IMG/VR virus record: IMGVR_UViG_3300018050_001813
Span: 57,828-77,827 of that record
Strand: one strand, 5' to 3'
DNA length: 20,000 nucleotides
Source of the DNA: an uncultured virus (IMG/VR IMGVR_UViG_3300018050_001813)
Taxonomy: Duplodnaviria; Heunggongvirae; Uroviricota; Caudoviricetes
Positions 8,500-16,142 of this stretch are shown piece after piece (the first letter of the stretch is position 1; each line of letters opens with the position of its first letter). The notes beneath the pieces are model-generated. The model was not told the DNA's origin, searched no databases, and saw nothing but the letters and a program-made list of their open reading frames with translations. The translations under genes were made by a program, and so were the position numbers.

Positions 8500-9066
8500 T
8501 CAATCACCCCATGTTGTGCCAGAAAATCTCCATGGTTTCCATCCTGAGGTTTCCCACAGGCGGAAAGCAAATGTTAGATTATATTCTGGATTAAACATAT
8601 CATCGGGGTGAGACCATCCCATGTCGGAAAGCCACTGAGAATGGACTTGATTGATTTGGGTGAGACCCGCATCAGCTCCATTCCATGAATCAGTAATGCA
8701 ACGTGACTCGCGCCACATTACTTGCTGAAGACGTGGCCATTCCTCTTCAGGCCATCCAACTTGAATAGCAAGATCGTGGTATTCACCACATTTGCCATAG
8801 GTTGCTCTGGCCAAAGCAACAAAATCTACGCCAGATAAATCTGGAAGTGTAGTTGTTGTTTGGGAAGGGATGGTCGTAGTTTGTATAGGTGGATTTGTCG
8901 TTGTTACAGCCGGGATTGTAGAGACTGGTGTTAGAGTTTTGCTAGTGTCTTTGTCTGAAAGACAAGAAGCTAACGAAACGACAGTCAACAATCCAGCTAT
9001 AGCATAGACAAGTCTTAGCTTATACTTGGATAAATGTTGATATATATGTTTGAACCGATTATCCAT
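8500..9066 (-). CDS. lytic transglycosylase-like putative lipoprotein with a Thr/Pro-rich linker
   Basis: Lipobox-like SLASC, Thr/Pro-rich linker, RESRC, AGLTQIN, MFNPEYNL and GWKPW motifs; paralog of 7991-8497. Confidence 0.85.
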   Translation of the reverse strand: MDNRFKHIYQHLSKYKLRLVYAIAGLLTVVSLASCLSDKDTSKTLTPVSTIPAVTTTNPPIQTTTIPSQTTTTLPDLSGVDFVALARATYGKCGEYHDLAIQVGWPEEEWPRLQQVMWRESRCITDSWNGADAGLTQINQVHSQWLSDMGWSHPDDMFNPEYNLTFAFRLWETSGWKPWRFSGTTWGD

Positions 9067-9243
9067 GGTTCGCTCCTTTCGGTAAGCATACTCTGGAATT
9101 TCCAGTGTATGTATATCGCAGGTTGCGAAACAAGGTCTACATGCCTATCTAATTGGCAGCGGTAAGTTTTTCCTCATTTCACAAGTATTCTTGCTACATG
9201 TGGGAATTAGTATCCCGTGCCCGTTAGGGCATGTGTTATTATA

Positions 9244-9432
9244 TCATGGATTTGGTGGTGTAACAACAATGTTTTCAGTGGAATTCTCCTTGTTAGGATC
9301 CACTGCATGTTGCTCCCGAAGAGCACGAACTTCGTCCGTTAGCTCTTCGAGCTTCTTGGAGATTAACAGAATAGATTTAAGGAGATTATTGAAATCCCGA
9401 GTAAATCCATTTGTCATGAAATAATCTGACAT
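9244..9432 (-). CDS. small coiled-coil hypothetical protein (62 aa)
   Basis: The ATG at 9432 follows GGAGG. Confidence 0.7.
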   Translation of the reverse strand: MSDYFMTNGFTRDFNNLLKSILLISKKLEELTDEVRALREQHAVDPNKENSTENIVVTPPNP

Positions 9433-9463
9433 GTTAACCTCCGTAAGAGTGGATCGGTTCCAA

Positions 9464-9507
9464 AGGAGTGGCATAAGGGTTCCGCCCGCTTATGCACAGC
9501 CACTCCT
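9464..9507 (-). terminator. stem-loop, possible terminator or stabiliser
   Basis: AGGAGTGGC/GCCACTCCT outer stem with a GCATAAG/CTTATGC inner stem. Confidence 0.45.
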
Positions 9508-9556
9508 GCTAACCTTATTTCTAAGGTAGCATAATAGTACTCACCAAATTTAATTA

Positions 9557-9784
9557 TCACCAAGTAATTGAGTCATTTGTGTCAGTATTGGAGACGGATG
9601 TCACAGTACTGGCTTTGATGAGGTATGTACCACGCTTAACCTTCTCGAAACGAGAAGGGTTATTCTTTATATACGACAACACAGTTGGAAGACTGCAGTT
9701 GGTAGCCTGCACAAGTGCAGTTGTACTGACAGTTCCTCCAATAATTGTGTTGATGTAATCTTCGATTACTTGCTGCTTTGACAT
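9557..9784 (-). CDS. small winged-helix DNA-binding protein (75 aa)
   Basis: HTH pattern VSTTALVQATNCSLPTVLSYIK plus wing FEKVKRGTYLI; AAGGAG RBS. Confidence 0.65.
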   Translation of the reverse strand: MSKQQVIEDYINTIIGGTVSTTALVQATNCSLPTVLSYIKNNPSRFEKVKRGTYLIKASTVTSVSNTDTNDSITW

Positions 9785-9946
9785 AAATACTCCTTAAATA
9801 GCTGTATAAGGTTATATAAAATTGCAAGTATAATTATAAAGTTTATGAAATTTGTTGCGTTATCTATATATGTCGATTACAAATCATATATTTATATGTA
9901 TGATTGACATCAAACATATATAAATCTAAGCACTCAACAAATTTGG

Positions 9947-10192
9947 TCATTTGTATTCACTGTAATGAGACTGACAAATGAGTTCGAACATCTCAGTTGT
10001 CTTGTAAGTAATTTCACCGATACGATTCATAAGACCATAAAATGTCTTTCTGAAATCTACAGCTGATTGATCAGTTGAGGTGAAATTGACAAGATGAGAG
10101 TATTCTTGAAGTAGATTAGCCTTAGATGAAATCTGGGCTAGGGATTCATAGAAGAGTGATTCTGCTTCCATTAAAGTAGTGTCGTTTACCAT
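9947..10192 (-). CDS. hypothetical protein (81 aa)
   Basis: ORF with AAAGG upstream. Confidence 0.7.
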   Translation of the reverse strand: MVNDTTLMEAESLFYESLAQISSKANLLQEYSHLVNFTSTDQSAVDFRKTFYGLMNRIGEITYKTTEMFELICQSHYSEYK

Positions 10193-10231
10193 GGTTGCCT
10201 TTCTGGTTCATGTGTTTATATGAACCAGGGC

Positions 10232-10347
10232 TGTCGGTCAGTCCCCGCTTGCTAAAAGCAAAATGGTCTTCGTAAAAGGAGGCTAAACTCCGACCATGAT
10301 CATTCTCACTGGGGGCAATGGAGAACGCTCACGGAGACCAACCGACA
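10232..10347 (-). ncRNA. candidate structured ncRNA (multi-way junction)
   Basis: 17-bp closing helix UGUCGGUUGGUCUCCGU/GCGGGGACUGACCGACA (G-U pairs on the minus strand) enclosing two branched stems. Confidence 0.55.
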
Positions 10348-10356
10348 TCTGTTATG

Positions 10357-10446
10357 TCAGAAGCTAGTCTCTGCTAGAATGCTGGGAGCATTCAAGCGGA
10401 TCGTAGTGTTGACATTGACCTTAAATGTTGCTAGAAATTTTGACAT
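10357..10446 (-). CDS. 29-aa peptide MSKFLATFKVNVNTTIRLNAPSILAETSF
   Basis: Strong AGGAGA RBS; ATG..TGA. Confidence 0.5.
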   Translation of the reverse strand: MSKFLATFKVNVNTTIRLNAPSILAETSF

Positions 10447-10539
10447 GCAAATCTCCTGATTATAGTAGTTAATATAATGTTATAGAATTATAAATTGGCG
10501 TGTAGTACACCTTATTTTTATTTGTGCATTGTGGTATAG

Positions 10540-10613
<74 letters not shown>

Positions 10614-10622
10614 ATCCGGTAT

Positions 10623-10631
10623 ATTATACCA
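10623..10631 (-). promoter_or_regulatory. extended -10 promoter (TGGTATAAT) for tRNA-Arg
   Basis: Perfect TGnTATAAT 9 nt upstream of the tRNA 5' end. Confidence 0.65.
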
Positions 10632-10645
10632 GATTTAGAAGAATT

Positions 10646-10909
10646 TCAGAAGGGAGATTCTTCAATTTTCGGCAGAGATTCACCGTTTATCAGGCAATCA
10701 TTGATATGGTAAGTTGCGTGATTGATGACGGGAATAAGGGAATTAATGAACTCTGCGAGTTGCTCAGTGTCAGTGAAGAAATACGTGGTATTGCTATCTG
10801 ACACATTGATGGTAATTGTAGAGAACTTTACGGGTTCATCATAGGTGGTGAATGATGAACGAATGTTGGAAGAGTTATGTGAGAGATGTACGTTAATTGT
10901 GGTGCTCAT
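10646..10909 (-). CDS. hypothetical protein (87 aa)
   Basis: ORF with AAAGGA RBS; ends in IEESPF. Confidence 0.75.
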   Translation of the reverse strand: MSTTINVHLSHNSSNIRSSFTTYDEPVKFSTITINVSDSNTTYFFTDTEQLAEFINSLIPVINHATYHINDCLINGESLPKIEESPF

Positions 10910-11060
10910 CGTGGGATTCCTTTAGGTAAGTAGGGGGGAGCGTGTTGGTGGAAGAACATTTGGATTTATCTCTGGCAGGATGCCAAGAAATATCGCAGAC
11001 TATGCAGCGACGTTTGTCATCGAAATTTATCCAAATGTGTGATGTTTGTTTGGGGTTCAT
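10893..11060 (-). CDS. small putative Zn-binding protein (55 aa, H..W...CIVC...C)
   Basis: ATG overlaps the TGA of the upstream gene; manual translation MNPKQTSHIWINFDDKRRCIVCDISWHP... Confidence 0.55.
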   Translation of the reverse strand: MNPKQTSHIWINFDDKRRCIVCDISWHPARDKSKCSSTNTLPPTYLKESHDEHHN

Positions 11061-11392
11061 GATGTGGGATTTTGTTTAAGATTTAGTAGGTCTAAACTTT
11101 TGATCATACCGGGAGTAAGATCCCGATATCCGACGATCATTAGTCCAGCGTAGCTTTCTTGAAGTACTGTTTCACATTGCTCAAGAGTGCCACGGTAAAG
11201 GACAAAATCGTCTGCGTGATCAATGACAAAATATTGTCGCATGGTATGCTCCTTAATGATAGTGCGTGTACGATCATATGTCAGACCATATTTCCGAGAA
11301 ATCTTGATGATAGATCTCCCAGAAATATAGTCTTGGAATATGGCGTGGTTACGATGGACTTTTTGATTGAGTGTCATTGAATATTTAGGCAT
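11057..11392 (-). CDS. HTH DNA-binding protein (Mor / sigma-4-like N-terminal HTH)
   Basis: RNHAIFQDYISGRSIIKISRKYGLTYDRTRTII pattern. Confidence 0.7.
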   Translation of the reverse strand: MPKYSMTLNQKVHRNHAIFQDYISGRSIIKISRKYGLTYDRTRTIIKEHTMRQYFVIDHADDFVLYRGTLEQCETVLQESYAGLMIVGYRDLTPGMIKSLDLLNLKQNPTS

Positions 11393-11707
11393 TTAGCACC
11401 AGGAATAATGGCAGCCATCAGGATGGGTGTCAGATTGTACTCTGCAGGTTTCGACTGGATGTCCGCCGGCAAAGAAATTGTCTTTGAATTCCTGCGGAAA
11501 CATATCGATAACCTTAATAGAGCAATCATGACATAGACAGATGGATGTTAAAGCTTGAAAAGAAGCTTCGTCTATCGGATCTGCCATCATGCCATAGCCT
11601 GTATGAATAGCCAAATGGAGTCCGCCTGAAGGCTGAATATTTGCATTGTGTTCTTGAAACTCGTTATGAACTGGATTTTCGCACATAGTGCAAATTAAAG
11701 TAGTCAT
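11393..11707 (-). CDS. Cys-rich hypothetical protein (CxxC...CxxC Zn ribbon)
   Basis: CTMC and LCHDC motifs. Confidence 0.75.
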   Translation of the reverse strand: MTTLICTMCENPVHNEFQEHNANIQPSGGLHLAIHTGYGMMADPIDEASFQALTSICLCHDCSIKVIDMFPQEFKDNFFAGGHPVETCRVQSDTHPDGCHYSWC

Positions 11708-11786
11708 GTTTTAACCTTTGAATGAAATGCGGAGAATAAGATATACCATCAGAATGAATGATAAGGTATTGAATAACTCTAGCAAG

Positions 11787-12008
11787 TCAATCTCCTACGT
11801 AATCCCAAAGATTACCGTAACGGGTACGAGCATAGTCGTACATGTCGTTATTGATGATTCCAGCTAGGAGAGCTGATCCCCAATAAGCTGAACGACTATT
11901 GTAGGCGTACTGATCCGGAACATTGTTTTTGGCCCACTCGTCAACTGTGTTGCGCGTGTGGTCCCAATGTTCTTGTTCTGCCAAAGTGAGTTGTTTCTTA
12001 GAAATCAA
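11787..12008 (-). CDS. hypothetical protein (73 aa)
   Basis: TTG start after AAGGAG. Confidence 0.7.
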   Translation of the reverse strand: MISKKQLTLAEQEHWDHTRNTVDEWAKNNVPDQYAYNSRSAYWGSALLAGIINNDMYDYARTRYGNLWDYVGD

Positions 12009-12019
12009 GGGATGTCTCC

Positions 12020-12322
12020 TTATTCTTGTTCTTCGTCTTCGAGCTTTTCAAGTTCTTCGAACATGTTGATAGTGTTATTCATGACGGATTTCATGAGATT
12101 CTTGACGCCATCCATCTGAAGCTGGGCAATCTGCTCTGGAGTTTCCAAAGCATCAATGCGCTGATTGGTGCTGAGATAAACCCTAGTGAAGGGCATTTCA
12201 ACGTCATCTTCAGGCTCATAAGTGTCTCTTCTCATCATGACGATGAAAGCAGGGTTGAGTTCGATTTTATCTTGGTCAAGATCTGTAAGGGTGATGAAGT
12301 TTACCATGTTGTTTTGGGACAT
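12020..12322 (-). CDS. FlbD/SwrD-like small beta protein
   Basis: FITLTDLDQDKIELNPAFI...TRVYLSTNQRIDALETPEQI resembles the FlbD consensus pattern. Confidence 0.6.
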   Translation of the reverse strand: MSQNNMVNFITLTDLDQDKIELNPAFIVMMRRDTYEPEDDVEMPFTRVYLSTNQRIDALETPEQIAQLQMDGVKNLMKSVMNNTINMFEELEKLEDEEQE

Positions 12323-12639
12323 GTTTTTATCCTTTAGTTTAGGGTAGGTAGATAGTGTATAGGTGTAGGGTTAGGGGTTGTAAGAGAGGGGGGAGTATGC
12401 CAGCTAAATCGCCGGCAAAAACAAAATGATATATATTGTATAGAGATAATATATATAGACAGAATAAACAAGACATCCCCCTAACGGGGGATGATGAGTC
12501 TACTGTTTTGTATGTACAATACTTCGATAATTATAATATGATTCTCTGGTGTGCAGAGCAAGGTAAGGATACCTTTTTTTTTTATAATGGGTTCCCCCAT
12601 GAGAGGTCTGATTTTTTTCTGTTGTGAAACAAAAATGCT

Positions 12640-12683
12640 AGAGGCCACGGTAGGGACACCACCTGAACCCTACCGTGACTCTC
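12640..12683 (-). terminator. stem-loop terminator
   Basis: CACGGTAGGG/CCCTACCGTG stem with a T run downstream on the minus strand. Confidence 0.6.
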
Positions 12684-12700
12684 CAGTTGGTAGGAGAATC

Positions 12701-12916
12701 CTACACGGTCAACTCGACATTATAGAGTCTCTTGAAGTCTCTTCTCATGGGGTGGATTGCGGATTCCGTTCCATGAGTTGTGTACATGGGTCCTTGTATC
12801 GTGGAGGGAGGGTAGATACTGTAGGATCCGGACTTCTTATGTATTACATTGAATCCTAGTCTTTCAAGTTCTTTGAAGACTTGTTTCATTGTTTTTGATT
12901 GATGCTGTCTAGGCAT
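12701..12916 (-). CDS. HicA-like (dsRBD-fold) small protein (71 aa)
   Basis: The ATG at 12916 follows GAAGGAG. KQVFKELERLGFNVIHKKSGSYSIYPP resembles HicA, but the GSH histidine is absent. Confidence 0.5.
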   Translation of the reverse strand: MPRQHQSKTMKQVFKELERLGFNVIHKKSGSYSIYPPSTIQGPMYTTHGTESAIHPMRRDFKRLYNVELTV

Positions 12917-13369
12917 CTTGTTTGTACTCCTTCGAGATGTGTATTGGATTTTCCTTCCGGGCATCCAGTATATCATCTCTCTATAGAAATGCAACCTATC
13001 TTCGTAGGTTTTTTTCTGGGATAAGGTATTGGATTTTATAGTTGGGCGCCGGCGAAAAAGACTCAAGTTTAGTCTTATATACAGATGCTCCATACTGAGA
13101 GTAGAATGGACCATGTACGACTACACTTTCCTTATCTTTTTCTACGATTACCCAAATCATAAAAATCCCGCTTGCAGCTATAGGCCTATTTGTTATTTTT
13201 TTTTACACAAATAGCCATTGCTACTGCGCTTATAATATCTTATCATATGGGTCCCCCCCGGCTTCGCCGGGTCCCCCCCAAAAGTCTATTAAGATATTTT
13301 TTATTATACACATACAGAGGAGTATACAGATACCATAAGGTACCCATATACTCCTCTGATAGATGTTTG

Positions 13370-13585
13370 TCATGCGAACATTTTCTTCCAGCATTCGGGA
13401 TGAATGCCTGTGAGAAGTTGCTCGCGTTGGTCACTGCTGAGAGTTGGGAAGGCGTCTTGAATAAGAGCACCTTCTTGACTCTTTTTGATGCCGGCGAACC
13501 AGATTTCTGTGGGGATCTCCAGTTCACCTTCTTTGCCACACTGGAAACACCTGGGTGTGGGGATTTTGCTGAGCTTAGTTGTCAT
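13370..13585 (-). CDS. Zn-ribbon hypothetical phage protein (71 aa)
   Basis: CFQC...IQDAFPTLS.DQRE.L.TG.HPECW; AGGAGG RBS. Confidence 0.8.
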   Translation of the reverse strand: MTTKLSKIPTPRCFQCGKEGELEIPTEIWFAGIKKSQEGALIQDAFPTLSSDQREQLLTGIHPECWKKMFA

Positions 13586-13752
13586 TTCCAGCCTCCTGTA
13601 CGGGAATCGTAGTTACGGAATGATGAGCCTTCATCTGGCGAGTGCGTGAAGCAATACGGTTCGTCATGATACAGGATCATGCTATCGCAGCCTTCTTGTT
13701 CACACTTGTGCCGACAGGGCTCTGTTTCGCAGAGATGCATTTCGTATGTCAT
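13582..13752 (-). CDS. Cys/His-rich small protein (56 aa, MTYEMHLCETEPCRHKCEQEGC...)
   Basis: AGGAG RBS; TGA overlaps the next ATG. Confidence 0.7.
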   Translation of the reverse strand: MTYEMHLCETEPCRHKCEQEGCDSMILYHDEPYCFTHSPDEGSSFRNYDSRTGGWK

Positions 13753-13761
13753 GTGTTACTC

Positions 13762-13980
13762 CTATGCGTAGACAAACTTGATGTTGGTGATGCCCTTATC
13801 AGCAAAGTGCTGACGGGCGCTGTCTTCAGTGAAGGGATTCAGTACAATGTCTTTGTCTGAATCTTTGTTGTCGGAGTCAACGAAATCGTATATTTCGATG
13901 GTTCCATCGGGATGAGTGAGATCGCCGTCCATGAAGCCGGACCACGTCTCAAAGTAGCAGAGATACTTGTATTCGGGCAT
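13762..13980 (-). CDS. hypothetical acidic protein (72 aa)
   Basis: AAGGA RBS. Confidence 0.75.
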   Translation of the reverse strand: MPEYKYLCYFETWSGFMDGDLTHPDGTIEIYDFVDSDNKDSDKDIVLNPFTEDSARQHFADKGITNIKFVYA

Positions 13981-14030
13981 GATGATTCCTTTTCTCTTTT
14001 GTATGAACTATTAAGAAATATTTTTTTTAG

Positions 14031-14164
14031 TGGAGCCAGAGGAATCGAACCTCTCTGAAATGGTTTTGCACGAAGACATGATGTCCATAATATACAATGT
14101 AGTATGTAAAGATTACATACCATTGCATTATGCTTTAAACCAGATACTTGTAACCATTAGCCCC
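14031..14164 (-). ncRNA. tmRNA-like / tRNA-Ala-like RNA of 134 nt
   Basis: 5' GGGGCUA pairs with 3' UGGCUCC-A (G3-U70, discriminator A). T arm AGAGG-UUCGAUU-CCUCU. No D stem. An extended helix closes two hairpins. Confidence 0.7.
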
Positions 14165-14168
14165 AAGG

Positions 14169-14456
14169 GGGTGGTATATTGATACGACGTTTTAGATACA
14201 TATACCAGGTATCCATGATCATGTCGGGCTCGTATCAGACCCCAAGGTTACACTGTTTATACTCTTGCAACCGAGTTGGTGGTATATTGGTAGCCATGTG
14301 GCTCGCATATACCAGACGAGACATAGTAAGCAGGTCGCTACCAATCCTGACGCTTCACTAAAGACAAGCGCAGCCTATCTGATCTATTATTGCTCGGATA
14401 CTTCTTCAATCAGACTTTACTAGAGTATCTTAACTTGTACTCTCCATTGGGATACC
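14169..14456 (-). ncRNA. candidate large structured RNA upstream of the tmRNA-like element
   Basis: Nested long-range complements (ggtatcc/ggatacc, aaggtta/taactt, atactct/agagtat, tctgat/atcaga) and two copies of a TGGTATAT..ATATACCA hairpin. Confidence 0.45.
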
Positions 14457-14528
14457 TTCTCTCCAAGTTAGATAGGGTAAACGTCCGTTTTTTTTACACA
14501 GAACGGACAAACTGTGTCTAACTGGGGG

Positions 14529-15548
14529 TCAGAAGGGGTCGGGATCTGAACCGTTGTCGCTAGAGCCAACCGTCGTATTCGACGTATTAGCACGAGCGGA
14601 GTTCGTCCACAGATCGACTTCAACAGGATTGTTGTCGACGAGCATAGTGAAACGCCCACACGGAGCATTTACCGGATCCCAAACATTCTGAGTTTCCTGC
14701 TTGCCATTGGACTGGACAACGATACGCTGCTGCGCACCAGACCAGTTCGACACCCACTGACGGCTCATTGCCGAAAGAAGATCAGCATGCTCGCGAGCCT
14801 TCTGAGTCTTCTCCTGCGACCAACCAGTAGCAGTGTCCACCTTCACGCGGAGAAGCTTGCTCTCCTTACGAAGCTGAACAACACGCTCAAAGTTGGCGAC
14901 AGTTGCGTCAATGAGGTTCAAGAAGCCCTGCTTGGTACGTGACTTCTCACGATCCACAGTGCCAACCTCGAAAGCAGTGACGGGAACACCATCGTTGTGC
15001 TGATACGCAGCTTCGATGCGACCAGGATTATTCATCGAACCGATGACATCCTTGGCGCCAGCAGCTACGAAAGCCTCACGAGCCTTCGTCCAACCGTCGA
15101 TGCTAGCACCGAACTGCTGGAAGAAGTACGGCATACCATCCGTGAGGTTCAGACCAATCTTGCGAGCGGTTTCCAAGAACTGCTCACGAGTGATCTTGTT
15201 CATGGACTTCTCGTTGATTGCAGCAGTGAGAACATCGATGATATTCATCTTCTCACCGTCCAACGTCACAAACAAGTCCATACGCACAGGACGCATGATG
15301 CCGGTAACCAGGAAGTATTCCTTGCCAGTGTTCGGGCTGACCTGCTTGAGAAGGGTCAGGCGAGTCAGCTTGGCATCGTGAAGAACAGCCGAAGCCGGCA
15401 CTTCAATGCCATTGATGCTGCCCTTGAAGGAAATCTCGCGTCCAACACGAAGCGTGTTTGTCTTGCCAGTTGACTCGAACATTTCCGGGGTGTCGGCCAC
15501 GGCAGAGAACAAGTCAAAATCAATATTGAAATCAGTAAAGATACTCAT
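14529..15548 (-). CDS. hypothetical protein (339 aa) with an SSB-like acidic C-terminal tip (SDPDPF)
   Basis: Long ORF with strongly biased codons, AAAGGA RBS, and a low-complexity tail ending DPDPF. Confidence 0.85.
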   Translation of the reverse strand: MSIFTDFNIDFDLFSAVADTPEMFESTGKTNTLRVGREISFKGSINGIEVPASAVLHDAKLTRLTLLKQVSPNTGKEYFLVTGIMRPVRMDLFVTLDGEKMNIIDVLTAAINEKSMNKITREQFLETARKIGLNLTDGMPYFFQQFGASIDGWTKAREAFVAAGAKDVIGSMNNPGRIEAAYQHNDGVPVTAFEVGTVDREKSRTKQGFLNLIDATVANFERVVQLRKESKLLRVKVDTATGWSQEKTQKAREHADLLSAMSRQWVSNWSGAQQRIVVQSNGKQETQNVWDPVNAPCGRFTMLVDNNPVEVDLWTNSARANTSNTTVGSSDNGSDPDPF

Positions 15549-15623
15549 AGTGTGTTTGTTTCCTTTTGCTAAGTTTACTTACAGTGTTTTTCTAAAGGGA
15601 CTATTTGATTTTATTTATTTGTT

Positions 15624-15666
15624 GAAACCTGGAGAAGGGCCTGTGATAGACCCAACTCCAGGTTTC
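15624..15666 (-). terminator. stem-loop after the 50-aa gene
   Basis: GAAACCTGGAG/CTCCAGGTTTC perfect 11-bp stem. Confidence 0.55.
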
Positions 15667-15673
15667 TGTATGT

Positions 15674-15826
15674 TCAGCTGTCCGACGAGATGCCGGCGTT
15701 GAACCCATTCTTGAACTGGTTCTTTGCGGAAGAAAGACCATTCTTGGTCTTTGTAGGAGCTGCTTTGGTAGCAGACACCAACTTGCCGGTTACTTTGCCA
15801 GTCTTTTGAATAATGTTCAGCTTCAT
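15674..15826 (-). CDS. small Lys-rich protein (50 aa, MKLNIIQKTGKVTGKLVSATKAAPTK...)
   Basis: GAGGG RBS; ATG..TGA followed by a hairpin. Confidence 0.7.
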   Translation of the reverse strand: MKLNIIQKTGKVTGKLVSATKAAPTKTKNGLSSAKNQFKNGFNAGISSDS

Positions 15827-15914
15827 GCTGTTACCCTCTTTCTGTTTTGTGGTTAATTATCTCCAAAAATGGAGTCGATAAGATCAAAGAACCATCCGAA
15901 CAATATTTCGAACA

Positions 15915-16124
15915 TCAGCTTTCTTTGCGGGTGTTACGTCGAGCCCAATCGCTTGACTCTTGAATCGCTTGCTTGAGAAGATCTTCTTTCTCAGCCATAG
16001 CGAGGATCATGCTCTTCAAGTCGCCTTCTGCTTCATAGATCCTGATCGCAGCTTCGACTTGATGCAACATTTCCATTGTTTTGTAGTCACAGCGAGGCCG
16101 TGGCCTTGTCATGTTTGCTTGCAT
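15915..16124 (-). CDS. hypothetical protein (69 aa)
   Basis: AAAGGAG RBS. Confidence 0.75.
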   Translation of the reverse strand: MQANMTRPRPRCDYKTMEMLHQVEAAIRIYEAEGDLKSMILAMAEKEDLLKQAIQESSDWARRNTRKES

Positions 16125-16142
16125 GTTTTCTCCTTTGTTTGT

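Noticed and set aside
10357..10446. tmRNA tag reading frame
   Set aside because: It has its own RBS and ATG, and no tRNA-like ends flank it.
12917..13114. N-terminal extension of the 12701-13114 ORF
   Set aside because: The strong RBS precedes the ATG at 12916, and the extension looks non-coding.
14031..14164. Canonical or intron-containing tRNA-Ala(UGC)
   Set aside because: No D stem; removing the insert leaves only a 6-nt anticodon loop, and no recognisable intron motifs are present.
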